Source: an uncultured Acidimicrobiales bacterium
Lineage (GTDB): Bacteria; Actinomycetota; Acidimicrobiia; Acidimicrobiales; UBA10347
Length of the DNA: 64,000 bases
Assembly (NCBI GenBank): GCA_963925805.1
Contig: CAWUSE010000023.1
Span: 1,098 to 65,097 of the forward strand
Direction: 5' to 3'
The stretch's first letter is position 1, and every line of letters starts with the position of its first letter. Shown here one piece after another: positions 1 through 9,466 of this stretch. The notes under the pieces are model-generated. The model saw only the letters and a program-made list of their open reading frames with translations. It had not been told where the DNA came from and made no database searches. A program made the translations under genes and the position numbers.

Positions 1-743
1 CCAATGCAACGGGTGAGACCCCAGTTGCAGGAAGCTTGAGGGGCACCTTCAACGCCACGCTCGTCCAGGACGGCAACTCGCAAACCATCACTGAGGTCGA
101 GTCAGGCGGTAAACCTTCAAAACGGCACGACCTGGCTGAACACCGATGGTCGATCCCCGCAGGCTCAGGCAACCAAACTTTGACGGTCGTCGCATCGGCA
201 ACCGATGGCGGTGACGCAGACGACGGCTTCTCGATCGAATGGTCCGACAATGGTTCGGTCTGGCTGCCACTGGCAACTGTTCGTGCGGGAAGCCCTGTTG
301 ACAATACCTTTGCAATCGGAGGGCCGACTGGCACCGTATGGGTTCGCGTGATCGACACCAATCGCGGCAGAGGCCAACGTGAGTTCGACTCGGTCAGTGT
401 TGACTTCTTGCAGGTGGAAGGAGATGGCGACCCGGTAACACCGGTCGACTCAACGCAAGCGTTCGCCTCATTGGCAACGTCTCAACAAGGTGCAGGTAAA
501 GGTAGCCACTACGGCGTCGCTACCGTGAGCGTTATTGATGACCAGGGCAACAGCGTGGCCGGGGCCTCGGTAACGGTTCAGTTCTCTGGCGACTTCAACG
601 AGACTGTGTCGGGGACCACGAATGACAGTGGCATCGCGGCTCTTCAAACCTCAAACTCAGCGCGTAAACCAGCGGTGGTCGCCTGCGTGTCGCAGCTCAG
701 CATTACTGGCCTGACGTGGGAGCGCGGAAGCGAAGCCTGCTGA
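1..743 (+). CDS. C-terminal part of a larger, probably secreted protein (beta-rich, Ig-like or carboxypeptidase-regulatory-like tail). The 5' end lies outside the window.
   Basis: Frame 3 is open from the window edge through the listed ORF 36..743. The tail VSVIDDQGNSVAGASVTVQFSG..TTNDSGIAAL is typical of beta-sandwich surface domains. Confidence 0.5.
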   Translation, partial: NATGETPVAGSLRGTFNATLVQDGNSQTITEVESGGKPSKRHDLAEHRWSIPAGSGNQTLTVVASATDGGDADDGFSIEWSDNGSVWLPLATVRAGSPVDNTFAIGGPTGTVWVRVIDTNRGRGQREFDSVSVDFLQVEGDGDPVTPVDSTQAFASLATSQQGAGKGSHYGVATVSVIDDQGNSVAGASVTVQFSGDFNETVSGTTNDSGIAALQTSNSARKPAVVACVSQLSITGLTWERGSEAC

Positions 744-827
744 AATCAGAGCGGCTACTCGTTGATTGTGGCGCCCTCACCCAGCAACGAATGCCCACGA
801 GCACCCAGGAACAGGCTTTTGGTCCAT

Positions 828-867
828 GACGCTCTGGCGTCCGGGGGTTCAAGTCCCTCATGGCGCA
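828..867 (+). other. tRNA-like 3' fragment (variable-arm hairpin, T-arm and acceptor 3' strand) without a matching 5' half.
   Basis: Hairpin GACGC-TCTG-GCGTC, then T-stem GGGGG / loop TTCAAGT / CCCTC, then ATGGCGC plus discriminator A. No canonical anticodon arm or clean 5' acceptor strand could be folded upstream. Confidence 0.35.
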
Positions 868-984
868 CTCACAAAATCGTTGGGAATTGGCGGGTCTTAC
901 TTTGGCAAGGTCCGCCAATTTCGCGTTTGGGGCGGTCGGGGATCCAAACAAGGAGCCAAACGGATTTGTTCCTGTCCTGCCGTG

Positions 985-1488
985 TTAAGGCTCTCGTCCT
1001 GGCAGGTACTGCTCGTTGGCCCAACCCTGTTCGTATGAGGTGAAGAAGGCTACGTCGATGACCATTTGCGACACCAACCACTGGTCAGCCACGCGGCGGT
1101 AACGGTCGTGGTACGTGGCAGCGAGCCACAGGGCCTGGGCAGGAGCGTCAACTGTTGCAGGGATAGTGCACGGTTGGAACAGGAGCCACTCTGCGGTGGC
1201 CTCGTCGCCGTCGACTTCGATGATCGGATTCATGACCTGGTGCCGGGCTATGGAGATGCGCTGCGACGCTGCCTCGAAGTGACGGCGAATCGCAACCTTG
1301 CCTTCACGGCGCCCGAACGTTCGGCCTCCGTCCCAGACTCCATCGTCGGTGAACAAGGCAGCGATGCCCTCGGGGTCATACCCGGCATCGCAGTACGCGC
1401 AGTACCTCGCCTTTATTACCTTGATTGCTTCGATGTCCTCGAGATATCGAATACGTGCTGCAAGATCTTCTAATGTTGTCACCTGCAC
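985..1488 (-). CDS. SnoaL-like / NTF2-fold protein.
   Basis: 167 aa with a SnoaL_4-like pattern (IKARYCAYCD..DGVWDGG..G..AI..F). GTG start preceded by AGGAAAG. Confidence 0.75.
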   Translation of the reverse strand: MQVTTLEDLAARIRYLEDIEAIKVIKARYCAYCDAGYDPEGIAALFTDDGVWDGGRTFGRREGKVAIRRHFEAASQRISIARHQVMNPIIEVDGDEATAEWLLFQPCTIPATVDAPAQALWLAATYHDRYRRVADQWLVSQMVIDVAFFTSYEQGWANEQYLPGREP

Positions 1489-1545
1489 CTCTTTCCTGGA
1501 ACTGTTTTATCGCCTAGAGAAGGTGGGTGCTGAAGAACGCGACAA

Positions 1546-2403
1546 TCAGGTCCCAAGACGTTCGGTGGTGGCCCGTTCGATGTCAAGGAATGGTTCGAGG
1601 CCGCACAACGTGACGAGCTCTCGATGCAGCCCCATGCCATCGATCTCAAGACCGGTTGTGCCCTCGGACACGAACTTTGCATAGGCGCGTCGGGTGTGTG
1701 TGATTGCTAGCGCTTGGCTGGTGAACGCGTCGATGATGAGATTCCAGCCGAGCGATTGCCATTCGTCCGGTGTGTGATGGTCGAGGCCGGTGATCGTCGC
1801 CAATGGAACGTCGAAGTGTGATCCGACGCTGGCTAACTCGTCTTCCTTGCAGAACGCCATAAGGATGTCGGCGCCGGCGTCGCGATACATCTCTAGTCGA
1901 GCGACCCCGGCGTCGAAGCCCTCGTGGCGGAAGCCACCAGTTCGCGCAATGATCAGAAAGTCTGCGTCGCTTCGGCTATCGGCCGCAGCGGTGATTTTGG
2001 CCGCCATATCCTCGGGTGCCACGAGATGTTCGACGCCAATGTGGTGGTGTAATCGTTTGGGTGCGACCTGGTCCTCGTATTCGACAGCGACAGCGCCGGT
2101 GGCCTCGAACAACGCGGTCGCCCGGGCGGTGTGTACCGGGTCGCCGAAACCGACACCGCCATCGACAATGAGCGGCAGACCAGACCGGGCAGTGATTCTG
2201 CGAGCCACATCGGCGATCTCGGTGTAGCTCAACAGAGCTTCACCGATGGCGTACTGAAAGCCAAGGGCTCCACCGCTCAGGTAACCGGCCCCCAGGCCTG
2301 CTTCTTCGATCAGCCGCGCCGAAAGCGGATCTAGGCACAACGGAGCAATCACCGGGTCAGGGCCTGTCACAGCATCTCGGAACCGTCGTCTTGCATCATC
2401 CAT
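1546..2403 (-). CDS. Isocitrate lyase / PEP mutase superfamily enzyme (2-methylisocitrate lyase or carboxyvinyl-carboxyphosphonate phosphorylmutase-like).
   Basis: 285 aa with motifs LSGGALG, PLIVDGGVGFG, VEYEDQVAPKR and IIARTG. Confidence 0.8.
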   Translation of the reverse strand: MDDARRRFRDAVTGPDPVIAPLCLDPLSARLIEEAGLGAGYLSGGALGFQYAIGEALLSYTEIADVARRITARSGLPLIVDGGVGFGDPVHTARATALFEATGAVAVEYEDQVAPKRLHHHIGVEHLVAPEDMAAKITAAADSRSDADFLIIARTGGFRHEGFDAGVARLEMYRDAGADILMAFCKEDELASVGSHFDVPLATITGLDHHTPDEWQSLGWNLIIDAFTSQALAITHTRRAYAKFVSEGTTGLEIDGMGLHRELVTLCGLEPFLDIERATTERLGT

Positions 2404-2461
2404 GGGACGAACCTAGCCACTGCGCCGGAGTTGCCGCTCGACGTGGCGGTGCCATCGGTGC

Positions 2462-3442
2462 TTAGCAGCTGGTGCTGAGCTGGCGCATCACCCTGGTGCC
2501 TTTAGGATCCCAAGCGTCACGGCGATGAAGTGCGCCGAGCGTATCGAAGACGACAAGATCGCCCTCCTGCCAGTGGTGGGCGTAGACCCGCTCGCTTTTT
2601 GTGGAGTGAACGTGCAACTCTTTGAGCAAGGCATTGCTCTCGTCTCGGCTCATGCCAAGGATTCGCCGAGTGAGCCCTCTACTTGCGTAGAGGATTTCTC
2701 GACCCGACTCGGGGTGGCGTAGGACCACAGGGTGCTCGGCATCAGGGATAGGCGGGCGCTCGATTCCCAGTTGTTCGTCGCGCTGTCGTTTTGCATCGAA
2801 CCCTGAGCTGTCCAACTCTTGCTCCTTCCCGTCGGTGCCGCGCTGCACATGTTCGGCAAGGCTGTGGTGGGCCCGCAAGCCACGCAACTGTTCCACCCGC
2901 TCGTCGGGCAAGGTGGCCAGGGCCGCGTACTGATCACAGAAATAGGTACAAGGCCCATTGGGTGGCAACGTGACGGCGTTGAGGAAGCTCTCTTTTCCCG
3001 GATTCGGCACGTAGGAATAGTCGGCGTGCCACTCCAAGGTACCTGCACCGCCGGTTCCAAGGGGGATGCCGTCATCACCTACAGCGTTTGTCACCGGAAG
3101 GATCTCCGGCCTGTGACCAACGTCGCGGAACCACTCCGACCCGGCGATGAGCGGTCCGAAGGACTCCGCGAACTGGACCAATTCGTCGTCGGTTGGCTGA
3201 GTATGACCCCGGAACACCAAGACCAGATGGTCGACCAGACCTTGTTTAACGGTGTCTCTGGTTGTGTCGTCGAGGACCTCATCGGGCTTCCATCCCTTGA
3301 CGAGAGCCCCCAGCGGCTGGTCAGGGAGTGGTGTTATGTCGAGTTTCACGATGGGTGGCCTTGGTTCGTGGTCAGAATAGGAATCGCCGTTGGCCGCTGA
3401 TGGTGGTTGTCGCTGTGGCGTTGATCCCAGGTGCTCGACCAT
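2462..3442 (-). CDS. TauD/TfdA family Fe(II)/2-oxoglutarate dioxygenase.
   Basis: WHADYSY (HxD), HHW..GDLVVFD..LHRR. Start placed at MVEHLG; the ORF is open to 3493, so the start is uncertain. Confidence 0.8.
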   Translation of the reverse strand: MVEHLGSTPQRQPPSAANGDSYSDHEPRPPIVKLDITPLPDQPLGALVKGWKPDEVLDDTTRDTVKQGLVDHLVLVFRGHTQPTDDELVQFAESFGPLIAGSEWFRDVGHRPEILPVTNAVGDDGIPLGTGGAGTLEWHADYSYVPNPGKESFLNAVTLPPNGPCTYFCDQYAALATLPDERVEQLRGLRAHHSLAEHVQRGTDGKEQELDSSGFDAKRQRDEQLGIERPPIPDAEHPVVLRHPESGREILYASRGLTRRILGMSRDESNALLKELHVHSTKSERVYAHHWQEGDLVVFDTLGALHRRDAWDPKGTRVMRQLSTSC

Positions 3443-3862
3443 TCTGTAACCACCAGAGGTAGTGCTCGACCCTCTTGTCTTCTGGACCAACAATAGCGAA
3501 GCGGAGCCGTCGGGGTTAGTGCGGCAGGGATGAGGCGATCACCGACTCTCGAACAGCAGCACTCGACAGATGGTGGCCGACCCAGTAGTTAAGAGCTTGC
3601 TAGAAAGCCGTGCCTAGTTGGCGAGATCACGTTTGCAGCGCTTACACGAGCGATGTATGGCGCTGCGATAGAGGTGCACGAGGAGCTTGCCAAACGTGCG
3701 TATTAACCAAAGTAGCGCCTAGCTCCTCGGTAGCTCTTTGAGTCGCCCCAACCGGAGACTGAATAAGTAACGACGCGTCCTGACATCTGGGTGCGTCGCT
3801 CCGCTTGTCCGGGGCGAGTGATTCTTCGCTACTGTCGCGCCTGATAACACCCAGGGGGAATT

Positions 3863-5467
3863 ATGAAGTTGACCAAATCGTATTTTCCGGCCGATGAGTC
3901 GGTTCCGGTGCTCGAAACCACCGTCGGATCGATCCTGCGTGAAGCGGCGGCTGATAGCGCCGACAAGATCGCGTTAGTCGAGGGAATCGACAACGTCGAT
4001 GGCCGGCGCACGTGGACCTTTTCTGAATTACTGACCGAGTCCGAGCGCATCGCTCGGGCGTTGGCACACAGGTTCGACAAGGGCGAGCGGGTTGCCGTGT
4101 GGGCCCCGAACATCGCCGAATGGGTGTTGATGGAGTACGCCTGCGGGTTAGCCGGAGTGGTGCTCGTAACCGTGAACCCGTCGTATCAGCCGCAAGAACT
4201 GAAGTATGTGCTCGAGCAGTCGAGGTCAGCGGGCGTTTTCTATTTGCCGAATTTCCGTGGCAACAACCTGAGCGGTCATCTCGATTCGGTGCTTCCAGGT
4301 CTGACCGAGATGCGCGAAGTAGTCTCATTTGACGATCTTGACGAATGGGTGGCGGCGACACCTGACGGCATCGAGTTACCCGACGTTGGTCCCGATGATC
4401 CCGTGCAGATCCAGTACACCTCGGGTACCACCGGGTTCCCCAAGGGTGCGTTCTTGCATCATCGGGGTATTACGAACAATGCCCGGCACTTCGCCGAGCG
4501 GCTCGGGGTGGAGCCTGGTGGCGGGTATGTAAACCCGATGCCGCTGTTCCACACCGGTGGGTGCGTGCTGGCCGTGCTTGGTTCGATACAGAGCCGCGCC
4601 ACGCTGATCCAGATGCAAATGTTCGAACCTGGCCTGATGCTTGAGCTGATCGAGACATATAAGGGAACCCATATGTTGGGTGTCCCAACAATGCTGATTG
4701 CGATGATGGAACACCCGAGTTTCGGTTCGCGAGACCTTTCATCAATCACGACCGTTTGTTCTGGTGGTTCAACCGTTCCTGCCCCGCTGGTACGACGCAT
4801 CGAAGACACCATGGGTGTTGATCTCTCAATCGTCTACGGCCAGACGGAAGCATCGCCCGGCATCACGCTCGTCAAGCTCGACGACTCACCGGAAGACAAA
4901 GCAAACACGCTGGGGCCGCCGCTACCCCAGATCGAGATGAAGGTCATTGATCCTGACACCGGCGACATTGTGCCCATTGGCGAATCCGGAGAGTTGTGCT
5001 GTCGGGGATATTTGGTGATGCTCGGCTACTTCGAGATGCCAGAAAAGACAGCGGAGACAATTGATGCCGATGGCTGGCTTCACACTGGCGATCTTGTTTC
5101 GCTTGACGACCGTGGCTACGCGACGATCACTGGTCGCCTCAAGGACATGATCATCCGTGGGGGTGAGAACATCTATCCGCGCGAGATCGAGGAGTTGCTC
5201 TTCGCCCATCCAAAGGTCGCTGACGTTGCTGTCTGCGGTCTGCCTGATGAGAAGTGGGGCGAGAAAGTCGGGGCGTTCATCCGCGACGCAGACCCTGAGG
5301 ATCCAGCGACGGACGCCGAGTTACAGACCTATCTGCGCGAGCACCTCTCCCCGCAAAAGACACCCCGCTCTTGGTACCGGGTTGATGAATTTCCCTTGAC
5401 CGGGTCGGGCAAGGTTCAGAAGTTCGCCATCGTCGAGGCATGGGAAAAGGGTTTCTACGACAACTGA
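3863..5467 (+). CDS. AMP-dependent acyl-CoA synthetase/ligase (FadD-like).
   Basis: 534 aa with YTSGTTGFPKGA, GYGQTE-like, TGD and GRLKD motifs. GGGGGA lies upstream of the ATG. Confidence 0.9.
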   Translation: MKLTKSYFPADESVPVLETTVGSILREAAADSADKIALVEGIDNVDGRRTWTFSELLTESERIARALAHRFDKGERVAVWAPNIAEWVLMEYACGLAGVVLVTVNPSYQPQELKYVLEQSRSAGVFYLPNFRGNNLSGHLDSVLPGLTEMREVVSFDDLDEWVAATPDGIELPDVGPDDPVQIQYTSGTTGFPKGAFLHHRGITNNARHFAERLGVEPGGGYVNPMPLFHTGGCVLAVLGSIQSRATLIQMQMFEPGLMLELIETYKGTHMLGVPTMLIAMMEHPSFGSRDLSSITTVCSGGSTVPAPLVRRIEDTMGVDLSIVYGQTEASPGITLVKLDDSPEDKANTLGPPLPQIEMKVIDPDTGDIVPIGESGELCCRGYLVMLGYFEMPEKTAETIDADGWLHTGDLVSLDDRGYATITGRLKDMIIRGGENIYPREIEELLFAHPKVADVAVCGLPDEKWGEKVGAFIRDADPEDPATDAELQTYLREHLSPQKTPRSWYRVDEFPLTGSGKVQKFAIVEAWEKGFYDN

Positions 5468-5710
5468 TATGAGTCACTCATTGATGCTCGCCAGGGTTGC
5501 ATTGATCTGAGCGCCGGGACACTTGCATGTATGGAAGTACGTTCGCTGGCCCCGTGTGGGGTGCGAACTGCGGACCCTACATCTTGTCCGCCAGCCAGCA
5601 GCACTGTACAAACATCTCCGTCACAGCCTTGAGCAAGGGTGACAGGCAAGAAGCATCTGTGTTAGGCAGTAGTAGCCAGCATTACGAGACGAGTAATAGA
5701 GGAACGCTTG

Positions 5711-6067
5711 ATGCAAGAGACAACGTGGACCGCCTTAGGCGACCAGACGGCAGCCAATCAACGTGGGAACCAACTCACCTACATGATCGCCAACGCGGCA
5801 CTGACCGCAACGGTGGTCTTTGGTGATGCAGCGGACTACGCATTCCTTCTGGTCGTGAGCGCTATTGGCATTGGTCTATTCGGCATTCTTAGTTTCGAGA
5901 ATGCACAGCAAAGTTTCATGGGTTTGATGAAAGGCATGCCTGCTTCAGTGGAGGCCACGCCGATGGGGGAGGCAGCCAAGAAGACGCCGTTCAGCTTGTT
6001 TCGGGTCGCGAACACTGTCATCTGCGCGCTGATTGCAATCGCACAAGTCGTTGCTATAACTGGCTGA
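5711..6067 (+). CDS. Small hypothetical membrane protein.
   Basis: About 118 aa with three hydrophobic segments. AGGAA lies 7 nt before the ATG at 5711. Confidence 0.5.
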   Translation: MQETTWTALGDQTAANQRGNQLTYMIANAALTATVVFGDAADYAFLLVVSAIGIGLFGILSFENAQQSFMGLMKGMPASVEATPMGEAAKKTPFSLFRVANTVICALIAIAQVVAITG

Positions 6068-6483
6068 GAGGGCGAAAGAATCCGTAGACGCCATAACGCC
6101 GCAGTCGTATTCCTCTGGTCTGTAAATCGGTAAAAATATCAGACGGCCAGTCTGAGAGAAATCGCTGGGATAACCGTTGGATCTGTCAACACTTTAGTTG
6201 CAGTCCGAGTACAAAGATGTCGGACGGCATGGCAGCCGAGTCGGTCGATTGTGCGCTCTGCACGCTGCTGGCTGGTCGATGATCCGGCATCATGGTTGGA
6301 CGGAGTGAATGGTCACCCAGGATCCCGATAGTCGACGCTTTCTAACTATCGGGATTACCTGAGTAACAGTTCCAGATCGGGCATTCGCCGCTGCCCTAAC
6401 GGGACAGAGCTCTGAAACGATCGTGGCTCTCTGCAGTTGCGAGGGCAAGTCCGTTGCCGTGACGGTTGCTGTGAGCGAGGTGG

Positions 6484-6651
6484 CTATGAAATTGCGTCGA
6501 GAACCTGTGCCATTTTTGCTTTCATGTCGACCACTGGGTGGATTGTGGCCGTGCCAATGGACAGGATCGGCTCGAAACCCTCCAAGAGGTCCTCGTAACT
6601 ATCTGTCTCGACGATCAGGAAGAAATCATGACCCGGGGGCAACCCAGGCAC
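6484..6651 (-). CDS. Possible 55-aa ORF (alpha/beta-barrel-like fragment or small protein).
   Basis: Below the track cutoff; hand-translated as VPGLPPGHDFFLIVETDSYEDLLEGFEPILSIGTATIHPVVDMKAKMAQVLDAIS. GTG start preceded by AGGAA. An in-frame TAA lies immediately upstream. Confidence 0.25.
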   Translation of the reverse strand: MPGLPPGHDFFLIVETDSYEDLLEGFEPILSIGTATIHPVVDMKAKMAQVLDAIS

Positions 6652-6672
6652 CGTTTCCTGTTAGAAAATTCT

Positions 6673-6753
6673 TGGGTGCAAGGTCTGGGTGCAAGGTCTG
6701 GGTGCAAGGTCTGGGTGCAAGGTCTTGGTGCAAGGTCTTGGCGCAAGGTCTGG
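6673..6753. repeat. 13-bp tandem repeat TGGGTGCAAGGTC, about 6.2 copies (last two units are TTGGTGCAAGGTC and TTGGCGCAAGGTC).
   Basis: Read directly. The unit length is not a multiple of 3. It lies between the stop of the 6798..7085 gene and the small ORF at 6651. Confidence 0.95.
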
Positions 6754-6797
6754 AATCGGTTCAGGTTGGTCTCAAAGTGGCGAGTAGCGAGAAGGAC

Positions 6798-7085
6798 CTA
6801 AAGGTCCCACTCAGCGTGTACATCGAGGTTTCGAAAAGTGATATTTGTTTCAGCCTGCACCTTCTCAGCGGCGTCGTTTGTTGCTTCCAGGTCGTTGTTG
6901 GTTGACGCGTCATCCCAACTTGCGAACTCGACGATCTGGATCACGACACCAGGTTTGTCTCGATCCTCACAGACCGAAATTTTCTTAACTTTGGTTTCAG
7001 ATGCAGCGTTCTTGAAATAATCGTTAACACCGGCAACAGCCTCTTCTATAGAGCCAGTTGATTCCATTATTTGTACAAATTTCAT
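6798..7085 (-). CDS. Small hypothetical protein, possibly of the dimeric alpha/beta-barrel (ABM/Dabb-like) type.
   Basis: MKFVQIMES...VCEDRDKPGVVIQIVEFASWDDA pattern. Codons are markedly AT-rich (AAA, TTT, GTA, ATA, TCT) compared with neighbouring genes. Confidence 0.45.
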   Translation of the reverse strand: MKFVQIMESTGSIEEAVAGVNDYFKNAASETKVKKISVCEDRDKPGVVIQIVEFASWDDASTNNDLEATNDAAEKVQAETNITFRNLDVHAEWDL

Positions 7086-7590
7086 GTGCTGAGCATACAC
7101 GACGGGCTAAGAGCCGCTTGAGCGTCTAAGGCCTCAAAGAGACGCTATGAAGCATCTTGACGCCGTTCTGAACTGAGATCTGCACTCGTCAATGACGTGC
7201 ACATGGCCGGCGCCGCTATCCAGGTCTGGAGCGTTGTTGCAGCTGGCATGGGGGCTGTTGAGGCCCCGAGTAACCTTTATCCGGTCATGTGAACTGATTC
7301 AGAAACAGGCCGTAGGGCGCGGTAAATATCAAAGCCCGTCAACACGCTGCGCAGCTCTGAGCACATGACCAGCACCTAGAGCCTGCCGCCCCTTAACTTG
7401 GTCGACCAACGCTGGGTTCAGCCAGACAACGTGTGTCGACATCACTGGCAAAGCAGCAACGCTGCGATGTAGAGCAACCGCTAAACCAGGCACTGCGTCG
7501 TTCACGACTACGACAGTCGCGACAACGGCAGTGCCAGCATCAAGCGTTCGTTTCGACTCAGGCGACTTTGGCCTACTCTGGACATACTGA

Positions 7591-9183
7591 CTACCGGGGC
7601 AGGCTGACCCCGGCGGCGACACGGTCCCAGGTGATGTCGGTGACGCCAGCATCGCGGATCTTGGCTTTTTGGATCCGGGACGTTGCTTCGGTCTTCGGGA
7701 GTTCATCCCAGACTTCGATGAACCGGGGAATCGCGAAACGTGGCATACGAGGCGCCAAGAACGCAATGAGTTCAGCAGGGTCGAACTCGGCACCCTCAGC
7801 TACGACGACCGCGATCTTCACCTCGTCCTCTCCTTCTTCGGCAGGTACGGCGCAGGCGCCACACTCCGCTACTGCGGGGTACTCGTTCACCAGCGCTTCG
7901 ACCTCAAAGCTCGAGATGTTCTCGCCGCGACGTCGGATGTAATCCTTGGCTCGATCGACAAAGTAGAAGTTGCCGTCGTCGTCATAGGTGAAGGCATCAC
8001 CGGTGTGGAACCAGCCGTTGCGCCAAGCCTCGTTCGTCTTATCGGGCATGTTCCAATAACCCGTGTTGATCTCCCATGGTTCGGCACGCATGATCATCTC
8101 GCCTGGCGTGTCTGGCGGCACGATTTGGTCGAATTCGTCGACGACTCGTACCTCGACACCGGGCCGGGTCTGGCCGCAGCTGCGATGATTGGCATTCGTG
8201 ATTGGATGCTGCTGGATGACCGGGCAATTAATTTCGGTCATGTTGTAACAGGTATAGATGTCGACATCGAAGCGCCGGGCGAAGGCCTCAACGTCGGGCG
8301 TGACAGGAACGAGGGGGACCGTCCTCAACGGATTGTCAGCATCGTCGGGACGTTCCGGTTGTTGCATCAACATGTGGGCCAACGGGCCGAGTAAGACGGT
8401 GGCGTTAGCGTCAAAATTGCGGATGTCGTCCCAGTAGTCAGTGATCGAGAATGCCTCGCGAATCACGCTTGGTTGGCCTGACCGAGCGGCAAAGTAGAAG
8501 CCGCCCTTGCCCGTAATGTGGAACACCGGAAACGGTGCATAAATTCTGATGTCGTCGAGCCGGTCGAGAGGAATAAAGCCGCTTTCGAGAGTCGACCGAT
8601 AGTGGCCCCAGGGCACCTTCACTGCCTTCGAACGCCCCGTAGTTCCCGAGGTGTAGATCAGCGACGAAACGTCCCAGGGAACTGGTTCGGGCCGATCCTT
8701 CGCCTCTGCGTCGGTCAGGAACTCTTCGTCTGTGATTACCTCGAATGGCAGGCCCCCAGGTACATCGACCGACGAACCAAACACCACAACCTTTTCGACA
8801 TGACTAAGTTGCTCGGCGACCTCGAAGACTGCCCCCGCGAATCGGTCTTGCGCCAAGACGACGCGAGCCCCGGTGTTATCGATGACATGGCGCAGCCAAT
8901 CGCCTTTGTAATTCGTGTTGATGGGCGAGTCGATGGCACCAAGCCACGCACATCCCATCCAGGAGTGGAACGCTTCGAACGTATTAACAAATACGGTGAC
9001 GACCGGCTCACCGTGCACCACACCCAAACGTTCCAGAGCGCTTGCCCATCGAAGCGAATCTTGGTGCGCTGCGGCCCACGAAAGGACGCTGCCATCGACA
9101 TGACGGAGCGCCGGGTCCAATGGTCGTTCGTTCGCCCAGTGCGCAACCCGCTGCGGCATCAGATCTGCGTGTTCGAACCTCAT
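7591..9183 (-). CDS. AMP-dependent synthetase/ligase (acyl-CoA ligase).
   Basis: YTSGTTGRSKAV, TGD..DDDG.., RAKD motifs. Start set at MRFEHADL (ATG 9183, GGGGA upstream); the 83-aa upstream extension of the ORF looks non-coding. Confidence 0.85.
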   Translation of the reverse strand: MRFEHADLMPQRVAHWANERPLDPALRHVDGSVLSWAAAHQDSLRWASALERLGVVHGEPVVTVFVNTFEAFHSWMGCAWLGAIDSPINTNYKGDWLRHVIDNTGARVVLAQDRFAGAVFEVAEQLSHVEKVVVFGSSVDVPGGLPFEVITDEEFLTDAEAKDRPEPVPWDVSSLIYTSGTTGRSKAVKVPWGHYRSTLESGFIPLDRLDDIRIYAPFPVFHITGKGGFYFAARSGQPSVIREAFSITDYWDDIRNFDANATVLLGPLAHMLMQQPERPDDADNPLRTVPLVPVTPDVEAFARRFDVDIYTCYNMTEINCPVIQQHPITNANHRSCGQTRPGVEVRVVDEFDQIVPPDTPGEMIMRAEPWEINTGYWNMPDKTNEAWRNGWFHTGDAFTYDDDGNFYFVDRAKDYIRRRGENISSFEVEALVNEYPAVAECGACAVPAEEGEDEVKIAVVVAEGAEFDPAELIAFLAPRMPRFAIPRFIEVWDELPKTEATSRIQKAKIRDAGVTDITWDRVAAGVSLPR

Positions 9184-9466
9184 CGTTGTCCCCAATCGAT
9201 AGTGATACTCCAAACTAGAGAAGCGGCAGCTTCTGGCCAAAGGCAGATCAGTAGCGTCCTCCTTAATTAAGGGATTGCCGCCCTGCAGATGAAGATGACG
9301 AATCAGGCAGTGCGCGTGCACTCGGGTAGTTCGTTGACATCCCGGCGGATTGTTCAACAGGGCCTTGAGCGCCGCCATCGCCGGTTCGTTCTTATGGGCC
9401 GATGAGGTAGAAGCCTCGGCCGTGTAGTGCACGGGGTTCAGCGTGAAACTTGGCGATTGCTCGGCT

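Noticed and set aside
771-867. A complete tRNA, or a 97-nt tRNA-Sec.
   Set aside because: No TCA anticodon loop with U33 could be found, nor a 6-bp D-stem. The candidate acceptor stem has a mismatch and lacks the 8-bp form. Only the 3' 40 nt look tRNA-like.
6673-6753. The 13-bp repeat array as a translational phase-variation switch for the downstream 55-aa ORF, or as a CRISPR array.
   Set aside because: An in-frame TAA lies between the array and the ORF start, so no repeat number can fuse an upstream start to that frame. The units are contiguous without spacers, so it is not a CRISPR array. Only a promoter or spacing role remains possible.
7329-7793. 154-aa minus-strand ORF whose tail (…AVVATVVVVNDAVPGLAVALH…VDGL) lies in the gap after the acyl-CoA ligase.
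   Set aside because: Its 5' two-thirds overlap the ligase C-terminus in another frame. The non-overlapping part has no ATG apart from one very late one, and no recognisable motif. It is possibly a relic but is not supportable as a gene.
9184-9432. N-terminal extensions of listed ORFs (9432, 23665, 43247, 52661, 45450, 44915, 17451, 30194 and 26980 starts).
   Set aside because: The extensions are Arg/Pro/Ser-rich or overlap neighbouring genes or rnpB. Conserved family N-termini begin at internal ATG/GTG codons, several of which have SD-like sequences.
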